Part shown: positions 42,365 through 58,413 of the stretch, piece by piece | Layout: every line of letters starts with the position of its first letter | Position numbering within the stretch: the first letter of the stretch is position 1 | Assembly (NCBI GenBank): GCA_964016885.1 | Contig: OZ024740.1 | Location: 259,098,001-259,162,000, forward strand | Reading direction: 5' to 3' | DNA length: 64,000 nucleotides | Source of the DNA: Eledone cirrhosa | Taxonomy: Eukaryota | Notes under the pieces: model-generated | What the model was told of the DNA's origin: nothing | The model's input: the letters and a program-made list of their open reading frames with translations, nothing else | Databases searched by the model: none | Program-made: the position numbers and the translations under genes

Positions 42365-42600
42365 CTAGGGCGCGTAAAATTCCCGAGATCCATGGACGAG
42401 TTCTCTCCAGCGGTCTCTGTCCCTCATTATCGCTGCCATGTCCTGCGTCTCCAACAGATCAGTGTCTGTCCTTAGGGCATCAGCATACTTTAACCTTGGT
42501 CTTCCTCTTCCAGTGTGTCCATGTAGGGGCTTCCACAAGAGCACTGAGTGCAATGTCACATTTTTACTTGTGGTATATAAATATTGAGTTATGTTGTAAT
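42365..42600 (-). mobile_element. 3' fragment of an RTE-like LINE
   Basis: VLLWKPLHGHTGRGRPRLKYADALRTDT...MRDRDRWRE, a typical RTE C-terminus. Confidence 0.75.
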
Positions 42601-42662
42601 AAATCACTGCCAAGACTGGAATTGAACCATCAGCATAGTAGAGGTATGTCATGCATCAATGT

Positions 42663-42733
42663 ATGTATTTTATCTGATGAGGACGTACTGAAAAAACAGC
42701 ACAGTACCTCCGAAATATATATAATAAAACATA
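42663..42733 (+). ncRNA. Type-I hammerhead ribozyme (family N)
   Basis: Stem I ttttat/ataaaa; CTGATGA 42674; stem II gga-c-gtactg...cagtac-c-tcc; GAAA 42712; stem III ATATATAT; AUA site. Confidence 0.88.
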
Positions 42734-42872
42734 TATTTTGATTATGTGAATGTATCCATTTATTAATATTTTGAATAATATTAATAACTCCAGAAAACTT
42801 CACTGTTGAATGCTTTTAATCTAGTGTAAAACTATATTCATTGAATAATCAATGAACCTTGTTTAACATTTG

Positions 42873-42925
<53 letters not shown>

Positions 42926-43218
42926 GGAATTTTACCTGCCCTAGATAGAGAGATAGATACATACATATATAAATAGGGAGACACAAAGCAGGCTTTGTTT
43001 AGAAGCGGCTAGCGAAATTGAAAATTAGGTGGTAATATTTGCTTACGCTGTATTTGACTAAATAGAATTAGTCTGTTAGTTGGGATTTTAAAAGGATGAG
43101 TATTGACGTACATGGGACACAAACCCACATCTTTGGTTTGCCGGACCAATGTGTAACCATTACACCAACATACCACCCATGGTTCCCTCCATTCAATTAG
43201 AAGCTATATAACCATAGC

Positions 43219-43310
<92 letters not shown>

Positions 43311-43316
<6 letters not shown>

Positions 43317-43873
43317 CGTAAAATAAGAAAATTATAAAATTAACTTACTTACTAAAATATCACTTCCAACTAATTAGTTTCTGGAATGGAGTAAATATAT
43401 TTTCCGAAGAAGATATTGAGAAACATTCCGTCGTCGGGAAGTCTATTCTCATCTAAGTTTCCAGGCAAAGCGAGGACTCTGGAAACTTATTAAAAAATAA
43501 TTCAGTGGATAGGAAATAGCAAAGCGTGGACTGAATTCCAAGCCATTGAGAAAATCACTGCCTCTGCGTCTGTGGCAAATTCAAAAAGAATCAATCACGT
43601 GACATCGAGGTCAATCAGTGGAAAGTGGTTTGCTAATAAGACAGCGGCCTGCCTACTACCATAGCAGCAGTCATGGCCAATATTGCTCGACAAATAATTT
43701 GGAGATAATTATAAAGAATTAATATCTAGTAACATATATATACATACAGATGCATATCAATGCTAGCAAATATATAGGTTTTGTCTTAGTAACATTGTGG
43801 TTCAATGCATGGGGCTGCAGAACAATAATATGAGAGACGTAAAATAAGAAAATTATAAAATTAACTTACTTAC

Positions 43874-43877
<4 letters not shown>
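43311..43877 (-). mobile_element. Retrozyme-like element, family T: 521-bp monomer plus 46-bp terminal direct repeat, decayed hammerhead at ~43361-43444
   Basis: gagagacgtaaaataag...tactaaa at 43311 and 43832; (TA)n both sides. Minus strand acttcc-CGACGA-ggaatg...cattcc-GAAA-ctaattag-TT-ggaagt (core one base short). Confidence 0.78.
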
Positions 43878-43943
<66 letters not shown>

Positions 43944-44360
43944 TAGACACAAAGCTAACTTTTAGAAACGGCTAACGTTTAGAAACGGCTACAGCTAGCG
44001 AATTTGAAAATTAGATAGTATTTAGATAGTAAAATTAGATAGTATTAGAAAATTAGATAGTATTAGAAAATTAGATAGTATTTGAAAATTAGATTCTATT
44101 TAGTCAAATACGGAGTAAGCACATGTTACTAGCTAAATTTATATATATATATATAACATGTGCTTACCCCATATATATATATGTATGTATGTATATATAT
44201 ATGCATATATATATATATATATATATAGTAATAATAATAAAATTGAAGACTAAAATCCAAAGAGGGCTCGTTCCAGCGAACGTTACCACGAACCAAAGTA
44301 TCGTCTTCCTGTCTTCCTTCGGCTGCAACGTTTTTTGAAATATCCAGTTCTGCGTTTACA

Positions 44361-44430
44361 GATTGACTTTGTTAGTTTCAGAAGATCCCGTTAAGGGTGA
44401 AAGCAGCGATTCTTTGCTTAAACTTTAATC
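44361..44430 (+). ncRNA. Hammerhead-like fold with CAGAAGA core (family D)
   Basis: Stem I agttt/aaact; CAGAAGA 44379; stem II ccc-gttaa-ggg; GAAA 44399; stem III AGCA..TGCT; same core at 6473. Confidence 0.62.
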
Positions 44431-44440
44431 TGTTATTTTA

Positions 44441-44488
<48 letters not shown>

Positions 44489-44592
44489 GTATACAGATAG
44501 TAAGAATCGATCTTATAATATTGCGCCTGTATTATAGTACAAACTCGCATGATGTGGATAAAATTTGTCAAGGCAATATTTACCCTTGGATT

Positions 44593-44638
<46 letters not shown>

Positions 44639-44664
44639 TGTGTGTAATGTGTGCCTACCATAAT

Positions 44665-44855
44665 AATAATTGTTTCTACTTTAGGCACAAGGCCAGCAAT
44701 TACCCAGTGCATTACTGGTACTTTATTTTATCGACCCCGTAAGGATGAAAGGCAAAGTCAACCTCGGCGGGATTTGAACTCAGATCGTAAAGGGACGTAA
44801 CTATGCTGGAAAGTATGGCGTCCGACTCTCTACCGATACTGCCAATCCACCGCCA
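44665..44855 (-). mobile_element. tRNA-derived SINE
   Basis: Full-length reverse-complement copy. Confidence 0.9.
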
Positions 44856-45323
44856 TAACATAATGTATGTAATATATGTGTATGTTTCTCTATATATACA
44901 TACACATATACGTATATATATATATGTTTGTGTGTGTGTGAGCGTAGTGTGTATATATATGTGTGTGAGTGTGTGTGTGTATGACAGAGAGTGTGTGTGG
45001 GTGTCTGTGTGTGTCAATACATAACTACATATATACATACATACATACATACATACATACATACATACATACATACATACATACAAACATACATACATAC
45101 ATACATACATACATACATACATACATACATACATACATACATACAAACATACATACATATGGAATGTGTGTCTGTCTGTAATACAAAGTATTTCTATCGG
45201 AAATGCAAGATGGAGACAATAAAGGATGATGTGGAGCAGAGATAAGAAACATAACCAGAGGCACCAACCCAAGACAGAAATTATGATTATAGGTAAATTT
45301 CAAATAGAATACATATATGTATG

Positions 45324-45405
<82 letters not shown>

Positions 45406-45499
45406 TGTGTGTGTGTGTGTGTGTGTGTATTTGAATATTATAGAAGTGTATACAGGTATAGAAGAATATGAACATATATGCATATGTTCATATATGTTA

Positions 45500-45557
<58 letters not shown>

Positions 45558-45608
45558 ATATATAATATATATACATATTCATACATATATATGCATATAT
45601 ATATATAC

Positions 45609-45654
<46 letters not shown>

Positions 45655-45659
45655 GTATA

Positions 45660-45747
<88 letters not shown>

Positions 45748-46129
45748 TAACATATATGAACATAAGCATATATGTTCATATATGTTCTTCTATACCTGTA
45801 TACACTTCTCTAATATTCAAATAAACATATATACACACCTATAAGAGTGTGTGCGTATATTTATTTACACACACACATATATACATAAATATATATATGT
45901 GCGTATATGTGTGTGTGTGTGTGAAATTCACGATGGTCGCGTACACATATACGCATATTTGTGTATATACTCTCTTACTTATTCACACATATATATAGAC
46001 GTATATACTCACATATATACATACACACATATCTACATACCTTAATATATATGAAGGCACGCGATCATAGATGTTCAGAAAAACACAATCAGAGATAAAT
46101 ACGTATAGAGAACTACACGTATATAGATG

Positions 46130-46231
<102 letters not shown>

Positions 46232-46269
46232 TGTGTATATATGTGTGTATATATATATACACATGTATA

Positions 46270-46319
<50 letters not shown>

Positions 46320-46522
46320 AGCTTTTTTAATCCGTGAGGAAGGAAGGATAAAAAAATAAGGTATTTCTCCATTCACAAGCTGCGATGATCTCAGTCCTGA
46401 TAAGACAAATCCGATCAGAAAAGTTAATATACTCCTCTTGTGTGCCTCTAGCATTTCAGGGGTGGCACTGAGTCACACTAGATGATTCCACAATAATTAA
46501 GTCCTATATCCTGTATATTTGC

Positions 46523-46600
<78 letters not shown>

Positions 46601-46701
46601 TTATATATATATATATATATATAAACACACACACCTACAGATATATACATATATATATATATATATATACATACATATATACATACATTTATATATATAT
46701 T

Positions 46702-46743
<42 letters not shown>

Positions 46744-47029
46744 TTATGTACAACATATGATATACATATTCATATCATATCATATATATGTGTGTGTGTG
46801 TGTATGTATATATAAAGAGATGGGGAATGAGAGAGAGAGAGAAAAAATTGACTATTACAAGACTAGACCTGCATTGTCTCAAATGAAACAGTTGTAATCC
46901 TGTAGAAGTCATTTCTATATAAAATAGAGCTGCCTATACTCAACTAAAGTATTGAGTACCTTTTTAACTGTGATCGCTTCTAGATATCTTTTGAGGAAGC
47001 CACCCATAATTATGTATAAATATATATAC

Positions 47030-47310
47030 AATAAATGTAATCTGAGTTTTTCGAATATTAATAATTGTTTCTACTTTTGGCACAAGACCAGTAAATACCC
47101 AGTGCATTACTGGTACTTTATTTTACCGACCCCGTAAGGATGAAAGGCAAAGTTAACCTCGGCGGGATTTGAACTCAGAATGGCAATGGCCGTAATTCTA
47201 TGCGTCAAAGCATGGCGTCCTACAATAACATTCGATTCGTTTGCAATTTTGCAAACAAGCCTCAATTTTATAGCCATGTCAGTAGAATGAAGTGTTCATT
47301 CTACTCGCTG
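47030..47310 (-). mobile_element. Family-F fragment carrying an embedded SINE
   Basis: F sequence on both sides of SINE 47060-47220. Confidence 0.75.
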
Positions 47311-47425
47311 TAAGGCACCAATCACATTCTTTCTGACTTGACCACTGCCACGTCACAGTTCTTAGCCATTTTGAATTCGTTTCTGGCGGGGATCATTTAA
47401 GAAAAATGTTTGTCCAAGTGAGTTT

Positions 47426-47507
47426 GTTTCCTGATGAGTTCGAAGCTCGAGAATTTATCCTTGATAGGATATTTCCGAAAGCGAACGAGACCCTAAAGGG
47501 TAGAAAC
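47426..47507 (+). ncRNA. Hammerhead fold with GAGA instead of GAAA (family O, probably decayed)
   Basis: Stem I gtttc/gaaac; CTGATGA 47431; long stem II gttcg...cgaac; GAGA 47487; stem III ACCCT-aa-AGGGT; GUA site. Confidence 0.75.
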
Positions 47508-47859
47508 GTAATCCTGGTATGTGTATATGCATTTTTTTCTTCTAAATTTTATAACGTTTATACCTAATTGTGTATGATTGACGGTATATTTAATCGATTT
47601 CCACGTGGTATTGAAATGCTGGGTAAATATTCTATGGCTGTTGATCGCCAATAGATGGCTATCGCTTATTTATCTATTATTTCTTCATAGGTACCCTTTT
47701 AATATTATAACCTGGTTTAATTGGTTTTTTGTGTGGTTGATTATGCTAATTGGGAGAGGAAATGGTGTATATATATTATCAAATGATTCTATGGACATAA
47801 TTTATAGTATATATATATATATATATACCACGATAAATTAATGGAGCCATAGGCCCTCG

Positions 47860-47920
<61 letters not shown>

Positions 47921-49222
47921 TTGAGTGTGTAATTAGAGCAACCGAGAATATAGATGATACTATAACCTGGTCAACACACATACATAAGCTAAATAGCCCG
48001 TCGTTGCCGGGCAATAATCATTAATTAATTGGGTCAATTCATAATGGTGGGTAGATGTATGGATTTGTCTTACTTCCTACGCTTGAACATTCAACGTACA
48101 GCTGACCATGGCTGAAGTAGGTCTCTTCAAATGTAAACCAAAAATGTTTGTTCTTGTTATTTGTTGATGGCATTGGCAAAATTAAATCTCACTGGAAATT
48201 GAAGTCGTTTGAATTGAAATGGGACATCAGGAAAGATAAGAGGAATTCATTGATCAAACACATCCTCCCTCCTACCACATTCTGTTGAAATGGTGGCTTG
48301 AATCACGTGTGGATGCATATTTTTCACAACCAATCGACTGCCGTTGCATAGCCCTTTCTCCGAGCCACTTGTGACTTGCCAACTGATATTCAAGATTAGG
48401 GAACCCTTTTTCTACCACCATGCCTATGGGACTTATATCAATAGCTCCTTTTCTATCTACAGGGAGTCTTAGATTTAGGTAATAACAATAATAGCGTAAC
48501 TCAGTACAACCTGTGATAAGGTCGGGTTGTTGATGACTAAACCGACAACCTCATGGAGTTTGATTGGTGAGGAAGGAGGCTTTTGGACACCATGCGGGAT
48601 GAAAATCTAATTCCGTCAACGGCCATCCAATAGTGTGTAAAAAAACCCGTGGTAGACAGAGCTCGTTAGTTTTGGTTGGCCGTCCCTCTAGAAGGATCAT
48701 TGATTTTCATCTGAGTATACTGGAGCAACATAAATTGAAGTGTTTGGCTGAAGAAGGTAACACACAACCAAGTCCATGAATCGAACCCAGAACATTATGA
48801 TCGTAAGTCTAACACCCTCGCCACTAGGCCACGCGCCTCTATTGATCACGAAAGGCCTGATATAATATATAGGGATATTTATATCCATGACTACTGGCAC
48901 GTCTGATTGTGTTACCAAATAGCCAAGTGGTAATCTCGAAAAGCTGGGTTTATCAGTCACAGCGACAGGTAACACATAATCTCCAAATACAATCCATAAA
49001 CTGAACAGTGGAAATATGGAAGACTTTTTTAAAATTCAACACGCACCTCTTTACTAATGGTGTCAGCTGAATTCCAGTGTTTGTCTTTTAATTACAACCC
49101 GGCTCCTTCTTTATAGGAGGAAATTGTACAGGAAAAGGCAGCACTTCCGCACACACACACAAGAACAGGCGAGCGCGAGCGCGTGCACACGCACACATAT
49201 ATTCACATATATTCACAGACAT

Positions 49223-49314
<92 letters not shown>

Positions 49315-49315
49315 C

Positions 49316-49481
49316 TTTTATGTCTCTGTAGTTAATTTATTTGACAATCAATGTTTATCATTGATTGACCAACGGTTAAAAATACAGATATAAATATATA
49401 TAGTCTATCAAAGTTCTTTGTTGCACATCTGCACTATTATGTTCCCTCCTATTGTATTGTAATGTCTACGCCATTTTTATT

Positions 49482-49528
<47 letters not shown>

Positions 49529-50038
49529 TTCTTGTCTCTGTCTCTGCGCATGCGTTTGTGTGTGTGTATAATGTTTGGTGTGTGAGTTCGCGTTTGAGTG
49601 TATGTGATTTTGTTTTTGTATTCTATCTTTGCTTACTAGTGTGTGTTTATATGTGTTTGTTGTTATTGTGCTTGTGTATATATTTATTTATTTATCTATA
49701 TTTCCCTTAAGGTAAATATAGATAAATAAAGAGACAGAGACAAGAAGAATTAAATAAATAAAATAAAAATGGCGTAGACATTACAATACAATAGAAGGGA
49801 ACATAATAGTACCACTGATGATGTTGCAGATGTGCAACGAAAGAACTTTGATAGACTATATATATATATTTATATCTGTATTTTTAACCGTTGGTCAATC
49901 AATGATAAACATTGATTGCCAAATAAATTAACTATGGAGATATAAAAGATACAGAAGCGAAAACCAACCAAACAGTCAGTGTGTTCTGTTATTATTTCTG
50001 GCAATATTGTTACAACAATATGACCCTCCCCAAGTATA
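49316..50038 (+). mobile_element. Family-A PLE 3' end with inverted arm (fold-back)
   Basis: Both arms match 2255-2750; centre tatttatctatatttcccttaaggtaaatatagataaata at ~49710; hammerhead at 49815. Confidence 0.85.
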
Positions 50039-50264
50039 TCTATATATATATACACATGTATATATATAAACATAGTTGAATTTATGCCAAAGTCTCGAAA
50101 GATGCAAGTGAAACTTTCTTATATTGGTTAGTTTGGCGGGTATCCCTATAAGGAGACTTTGGCATAAGTTAAATTATGTTTATATGTGCCTCTTATTTAG
50201 ATATTTTTAGCTATCGCTTCATTGAAATGTCCCGTATTTTAGCGACAAAAAGTTATTTTTTTCC

Positions 50265-50350
<86 letters not shown>

Positions 50351-50502
50351 GCTCGTTTGTTTGACTGTTTGTCTCCTATGCGATTGAAAACCAGTGGACC
50401 AATCATGTCCAAATTTGCCATGTGAGTTCCTTAGACGCCGAAAATCGGACTCACAAGCTTACGATCGTGAGTCGAATACCCTAATTATAAAGCCCTTCTC
50501 CT

Positions 50503-50569
<67 letters not shown>

Positions 50570-51064
50570 TCACATATATACAGTATATATGACGCTGACC
50601 CTTCTGACCTAAAGGGTTACTTCAAATCCCGTAGGAACTCTCCTCACAATGTACTTCTGGAGGGTAGACTCTTGCATTTTGTGTGTGTGTTTTTTTATGA
50701 TGTATGTATATGTATGTGTGTATATATATGTCTGTGTGTGAGGATGTGTGTATGTATATGTATGTAAGTACGTGTGTGTGTATGTGTATATATATATATG
50801 TACATGTATAATTTCTACGTGTGGGAGTGTATGCATGCGTGCGTGTAGGTATTTTATGCACGTGTGTGAGTATGTTTGTGATCGTACATACGTGGATATA
50901 TTTCTTTATTTATATTCATTACTTTTGTTTTTGTTTATAACTTATTTTCTTGAACTGGTCGGGATACGGGCTTCCGTTGAATTCTAGACCTGTGATTGGT
51001 CATTCTATATGTTTGTTTGTGTCTGGTTGGTTCGTCCACAGATTTGATGTGATTTTTGTTGTGT

Positions 51065-51161
51065 TAATACTGACCTGAGGACCAGGCAGCCTTGTAGTCT
51101 GGTTTAGGGTGCCAACCCATATCACGAGCCAGCTGCTTGAGAAATATTTATAACTAGTATT
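51065..51161 (+). ncRNA. Hammerhead fold with long stem II (family R)
   Basis: aatactg../..tagtatt stem I (imperfect); CTGAGGA 51075; caggcagc/gctgcttg; GAAA 51141; ATATTTAT-A. Confidence 0.65.
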
Positions 51162-51283
51162 GAAGGACAATAAATCTCATATGAAACACCTCCACTTTGT
51201 TCTTATTATATACACTCTGCTCTGCATCGATTGCTGACCTTGGTTCTCTAACCCTTTTTCTTCGGACTTACTGAGTCTTTTGC

Positions 51284-51321
<38 letters not shown>

Positions 51322-51704
51322 GGGATAACAGGTTATCGTTATAGGCAGTCCACTTAGATGTAGTCCAGTTAGAGTACTCCGTGTAGTCGATAGTATTAAC
51401 GTGTGGCTTAGTTAGACTCAACAAGACGTTTCCATAGTGATGCTGCGAGTACGCGGTGATTTCTATGTTGTTTACACTTGGAGTAATAATAATTCAAGAA
51501 AGAAGAGTGACATGGTTCGCTATACAACTGGTTATAAACAAAGTATTGGAGATCGATTGACACAAAATCAGGCGGGTAGCGAACTCTAGACCTACCTGAT
51601 CAAAGAAACAATTGTCAGCAATTATTGTATAGCGAACCATGTCACTCTTCTTTCTTGATTTATATATATCTATATATCTATATATATATATATCTATATA
51701 TATA

Positions 51705-51739
<35 letters not shown>

Positions 51740-51916
51740 CGAAGGAAATGTGGTAAGGAACCAGATGAACCATAATGCACCAAGGTACTCAATACTTAGG
51801 GTAGTAGAGTGGGTAATAGGAACGAGTAGGACCCCGACGGCTGAGCTCAAGCCGTTTCGACGGCTAATTCTGGACTAAATTTAGTCCAGAATTAGCCGTC
51901 GGGGCCCTACTCGTTC

Positions 51917-52002
<86 letters not shown>

Positions 52003-52071
52003 TGAGTTTTTAACCATCCGGATAAGCAGTTTTATTACTCCATTTAATCATAATATTATTATTATTACTAC

Positions 52072-52863
<792 letters not shown>

Positions 52864-52906
52864 ATCTGTTTCGACACACGATTTCATATAAAAAACCTCG
52901 CAAAAC

Positions 52907-52937
<31 letters not shown>

Positions 52938-52938
52938 G

Positions 52939-53132
<194 letters not shown>

Positions 53133-53133
53133 G

Positions 53134-53278
<145 letters not shown>

Positions 53279-53361
53279 TGAGTTTTTAACCATCCGGATA
53301 AGCAGTTTTATTACTCCATTTTTATTACTCCATTTAATCATAATATTATTATTATTACTAC

Positions 53362-53407
<46 letters not shown>

Positions 53408-54954
53408 GTAGTAATAATAATAATATTATGATTAAATGGAGTAATAAAACTGCTTATCCGGATGGTTAAAAACTCAATGCAATGTGGTTCACGCAGAGCT
53501 GTTATATACTAATTTTAAAAATACCAAAGAATAAAGGCATTATCAAACTGACATATGGGTCAGCCCAACTCCTGAAGATCAAGTTATAAAACTATAAAAA
53601 TTTTGTAAAAATGTTTTTTTTTTATTTTGTCTTTTGATTGAAATATCTAAAATTTTGAGTGTTTTTAACTGCAGTTCTATGACCCCGGGACGAAGTTTAA
53701 ATCGGCAGAAACATATGTCAGTTTGACAATGCCTTGATTCTATGGTGTTTTTAAAATTAGTATATATATATAATTGACTGCTTCTTCTCTTCTTCTAGCA
53801 ATGCTATTACTCGCCATCAGTCTACCCTTCACTACCTTTCTCTCTTGATCATAAGCCACGTGATGATTTTCCCATTTGAAATTATTAGTGATGGCGATCA
53901 TTTCAGAAAAAAACTAGTCCTAATTGAAGGAGTCTCTTGAAAAGCTTGTAACCTCATAGCTAAGGTGCAATTGCAACGGAATTGCACATGCTACATTGCA
54001 CAAGCGAAACTGCAGTCAGGACTACGAGGAATAATTCGGTGAACAATAGTGTATTTTTTCTTCACATCTATAATTGTATTTAGCTCGGATTAATTGATTA
54101 TTTATTTAATTAATTTCTCTGGGCTACGAGGAAAAGTTAGCTAAATTTTGTCAGTTTGTTCTACACACTTTTATATATATATATATAATGAACCATAACG
54201 CACCATAACGCACCAGAGTACTCGATACTTTGGGTAGTAGAGTGGGTAATAGGAAAAGAGTCAGGATCCCGATGGCAGAGCTCAAGCCGTTTCGACGGCT
54301 ATTTCTGGACTGCAAACTAGTCCAGAAATAGCCGTCGAAACGGCTTCAGCTCTGCCGTCGGGGTCCTGACTCTTTTCCTATATATATATATGTGGGGGAG
54401 GGAGGACATGGGTATCTGTACATATATGGTTTGGCTACATGTACGAATAGGAGTAGTTGGTGGCTACGTGTACCTAGTAAATCAAACTGGTACATATAAG
54501 TAACCTAATAAAATAACGCTGATAAACCCTAGATATTTTAGTAATTACTTGCTTCCATAGACTTCATAACATTAACACTATATAGATAAAGACTATATAC
54601 TGAGGTTAAATTTGACTATAACTTCAGTAAATACTATTATATTTGCACTAATGAGGGACATAGATTATATTAACAGCAGAGAAGGGGTGCTGGTAATACC
54701 AGGTAGAACAACTATTAAGTTTGCGGCTGGAACATGCTGATACGGACATACACCGATCGGTAATTAAACACTTTTTTATATGTTATATATTGCCTGGGCC
54801 AATACTAGCCGAAACCTCTCAAAGTTATCAAAGATATATATAAATGATCCTGACGATTTCTTTATAAGGGTATTGTAAATAATGTGCATAGTGAATGAAA
54901 CTTCTAAATCAAATAAATAATGTATAAACTGTTGAACTTGGTGACTTATTTGTG

Positions 54955-55006
54955 GGCTTTCCTGATGATTTCCTTCGAATGAAAGAGTTCTAGTCCTGTA
55001 GAAGCC
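54955..55006 (+). ncRNA. Type-I hammerhead ribozyme (family G copy)
   Basis: ggctttc-CTGATGA(54962)...GAAA(54981)...ctGTA-gaagcc; stem I differs from the 8888 copy but still pairs. Confidence 0.8.
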
Positions 55007-55252
55007 ATTCCTATATTAAATATGTATACTCTGCTATGTACTGAGTACCTTACTTATTGTGGTTACCCCCGATTGAACCCGGGACGCACACACACACACA
55101 CACACATTCGTTTCTGAATTTGTTTAGCAAGATTCTTTATCTGAAATCGTGTGTTGAAACCGATATTGTTATACTTTGGGAGGGTCATGTTGCCAATATG
55201 TTGCCAACTGGTGCGTGTGTTTCTTATTGGCAACATGACCCTCCCAAAGTAT

Positions 55253-55292
<40 letters not shown>

Positions 55293-55372
55293 ATAATAAT
55301 AAATTTGAAGACTAAAATCCAAAGAGGATAAGGATAAATATATATCAAATATATAAGAACCGTAGAGCAAAT

Positions 55373-55454
<82 letters not shown>

Positions 55455-55754
55455 TTCTTTATTTGCCACAAGGGCGCACAAGAAAAGGGGACAATACAAG
55501 GACATATGCCGGGGATTTTACATACAATCGTGTAAAAAGAAAAATTTTAACAAACAAATTCAACAATCGAAATCCCCAATAGGGGGGAGGCGTTACAAAT
55601 GGGTTGTTTAATACTCAGTAGATAGAACAACCCTCAACTCCAGGAGCGTGTTGTGCAAGTGCTCCTTTCTTCCTTTTGCTCTCTTCTTCAACCTACAGGT
55701 TTATATATAGAGAAGGCCCAATCACTCGGGCTATTTTTGCTACATTCACCCACC

Positions 55755-55885
<131 letters not shown>

Positions 55886-57159
55886 GAAAATAGCTCATTT
55901 GTTTTTTTTCTGTTTGTCTCCAATGCACTTAAATCATATTCAAAATTGGCAAGTGATTTTTTTAGACTCAAGAATAGGTTTTCCTCACACTTAGACCTAT
56001 ATTCATTTGTTTATATGGTTTTCAATATGTGGTCGTCGTAAGTTATTGTCTTCACTATGATGGAATATGACAGAAAATAGAGAGAATAAAGAAGTGAGAA
56101 TTTGAGAGAAAGCACTGAAAGCCAAAGATGGAACTAAGCAAGTAGGTTAACAATGCATGAACAAAGAAAGAAAGAAACATAAATAAAGCGAAGAAATTGA
56201 GGGACACGCGTTCAACATAGTAGCCGACACTAAAGCAACAAACACGAACTTGTTTCAGTATTGAACGTCCCCTTCGTTTTCTCCTGCATGGAAGGAGGTA
56301 TGACTCAAATAAGTGAGCGAAATGCGTTCAATCAACCTAAAGCAACAACACATGATGTCACACATTCTTTATATCGTTTCCGTGTGTGTATATATGTCAT
56401 ATCTACTTCATATTTAGCCCGTGAACAAAAAGACCTCCATACAGTTTGAGAGCATTGTGTTTCTATATTAATGCGCACTAAAGGGAGAAACTCTGAGTAA
56501 GTCATGTTTTTAGTTGGTGGCGGCGGCGGTGACACTGTTGACATCTCATCGTTGCCATGACTACCAACGATATTTTTCCAAACTCAAGAAAGCTTCTAGA
56601 TATAAGTTTGAAAGCAAAGGCAACGAAGCGGAGTTCCAGCTAGATCCTGTCAACAAAATCTCCATGCGGTTTAATTGACCTGGATGTGGCCCGGGGACGT
56701 AGAGCGTGGGCGGGATGTCCTTTCTGAAGACTTTTGATTTCCAGCTCTCCTGATAGTTTCTTATCTCTATCTGCTTCGCACTTTCCTGTGTGTGTATATA
56801 TGCCACATTTCTTTATATAGCTCCTGTATATATGTGTGAGTCAGCCTCTCATTAAATTTTTGGTTCTTTGTTTGATTTACGGAAACACTACCAAAAATAA
56901 CACATGTGAAACCTGTAATATATTTTGGCATATTCATTTCCGTTAGTTTTTGGTTGCTGTTTCCGAAAAATAAGTGAAAGTTAATGCAATCAGTCCTCAT
57001 TCCACGAAATTTGATTCGGCTTCGATCCATCATTAACAGAAACAAATTTTAGATATATAATAGTGACATTGGAAGCTGCAAGCAAAGAATGCTCCCGAAG
57101 AATGGACCTTAATTTGGAAGAAAGTCTCATAAATCTATGGCAAAGCAGCTACAAAGGGA

Positions 57160-58180
57160 AAATAAAAATGAAGAGCAACGACAAGAAAGACTCCAAAAAC
57201 AAAGAAAAATAACAGCGAAATATAAGCAAAAGGAATCAGAAGAACAAAGGTCAAAAAGGCCTGTTGATGATAGGACAAGGAAAGCAACTTTTCGTCAAGA
57301 GGAATAAGATGTGCTAAACTACAGCACAAAACAGAGAGGATGTATCAGATGCACAAAGATCATCAACAAAGAATAAGTACACAGAATAGACAGGCTTAAT
57401 CAGAGGAACAAAGATCAAAAAGTCTTGCTGGAGATAGGATAATGGAAGCAACTATTCATCAAGAGGAATCAAATGTACGAAAACCATGACGACAGCAAAT
57501 GGAGAAAAATAGAGCAGCTCAAAGGCGACATGAAGAAACTGAAGCTCGAACAACTCAAAGGCTATGTGTATAGAGACCAAAAACAGACGATTTATGATTC
57601 AAAAAGGTTTCCAAGTGGAACTTTGCTGCTTTTAGTTACAATTCACACCAAAACTATGCCCCAGAACCTTTAATTCGAATTTGCTCAATGAACAAAATTT
57701 GTCCAAATTGTGGTACTAAAAATGGGATGTGTCAACTGGATTGTGTTGTTTGAATGGACAGATTAAGTTTAGATTATTACCTGAAACACCAGAACCCTTG
57801 ACGGAACTGTTGATTGGTGCAACAACTGAATCAAAACACTTTCTTCAAAATATCTACAGGTACAATAATGCATTACAAATGACATCATTTGGTGTAAATG
57901 TCATCCGTGAAGGTGCCTTTATACCCACTTTCAAGATCCAATGGCAAATGTACCATAGAATTGGGCCACGTCAGCCACTTTCAGAAGAACCAAAATATTT
58001 ACAATTGTATTTCATCAGTGATATAAAAACCCAAGCACAGACAAAATATGAAAGGAATAATGAAACTAAATATGAAATCATGTTGCAACTAAAAGCTAGA
58101 AGTTTCAAATAAACCATAGACAAATTTTTTAAAGAAATTTCCTTATTTTCTTTAACACGGCCAATGCCGGGTGCTTCTGC

Positions 58181-58182
<2 letters not shown>
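57160..58182 (+). mobile_element. Internally deleted Helitron with RepHel N-terminal remnant
   Basis: CPNCG.K; GLCCLNGQI..LPETPEPLTELL.G...SKHFLQNIYRYNNALQMTSFG...FIPTFKIQ.QMYHRIG (Helitron Rep N-terminal signature); 3' hairpin cggc-caat-gccg then CTA at 58180. Confidence 0.85.

Positions 58183-58247
<65 letters not shown>
58181..58247. repeat. (TAA)n microsatellite, upstream flank of the R4/Dong element
   Basis: Pure TAA tract of ~22 units. Confidence 0.97.
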
Positions 58248-58413
58248 GGGAAGAAGACGCACGAGGTGACGGAGGTCATGAAATCGCTCCCGTAAGTTTT
58301 GAATTTTTAACATATTTAAATCATTTGTGAAATAACAACTCTTAGTACAAATGCTACGTAAAGCACCCGGCTTGAGCCCCAAAAAAATTCGGACCCAAAA
58401 TATATTGTTATAA

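Noticed and set aside
48000-48700. Possible 5' fragment of another RTE-like LINE on the minus strand
   Set aside because: Only a faint CTLNV-like motif; too decayed to support.
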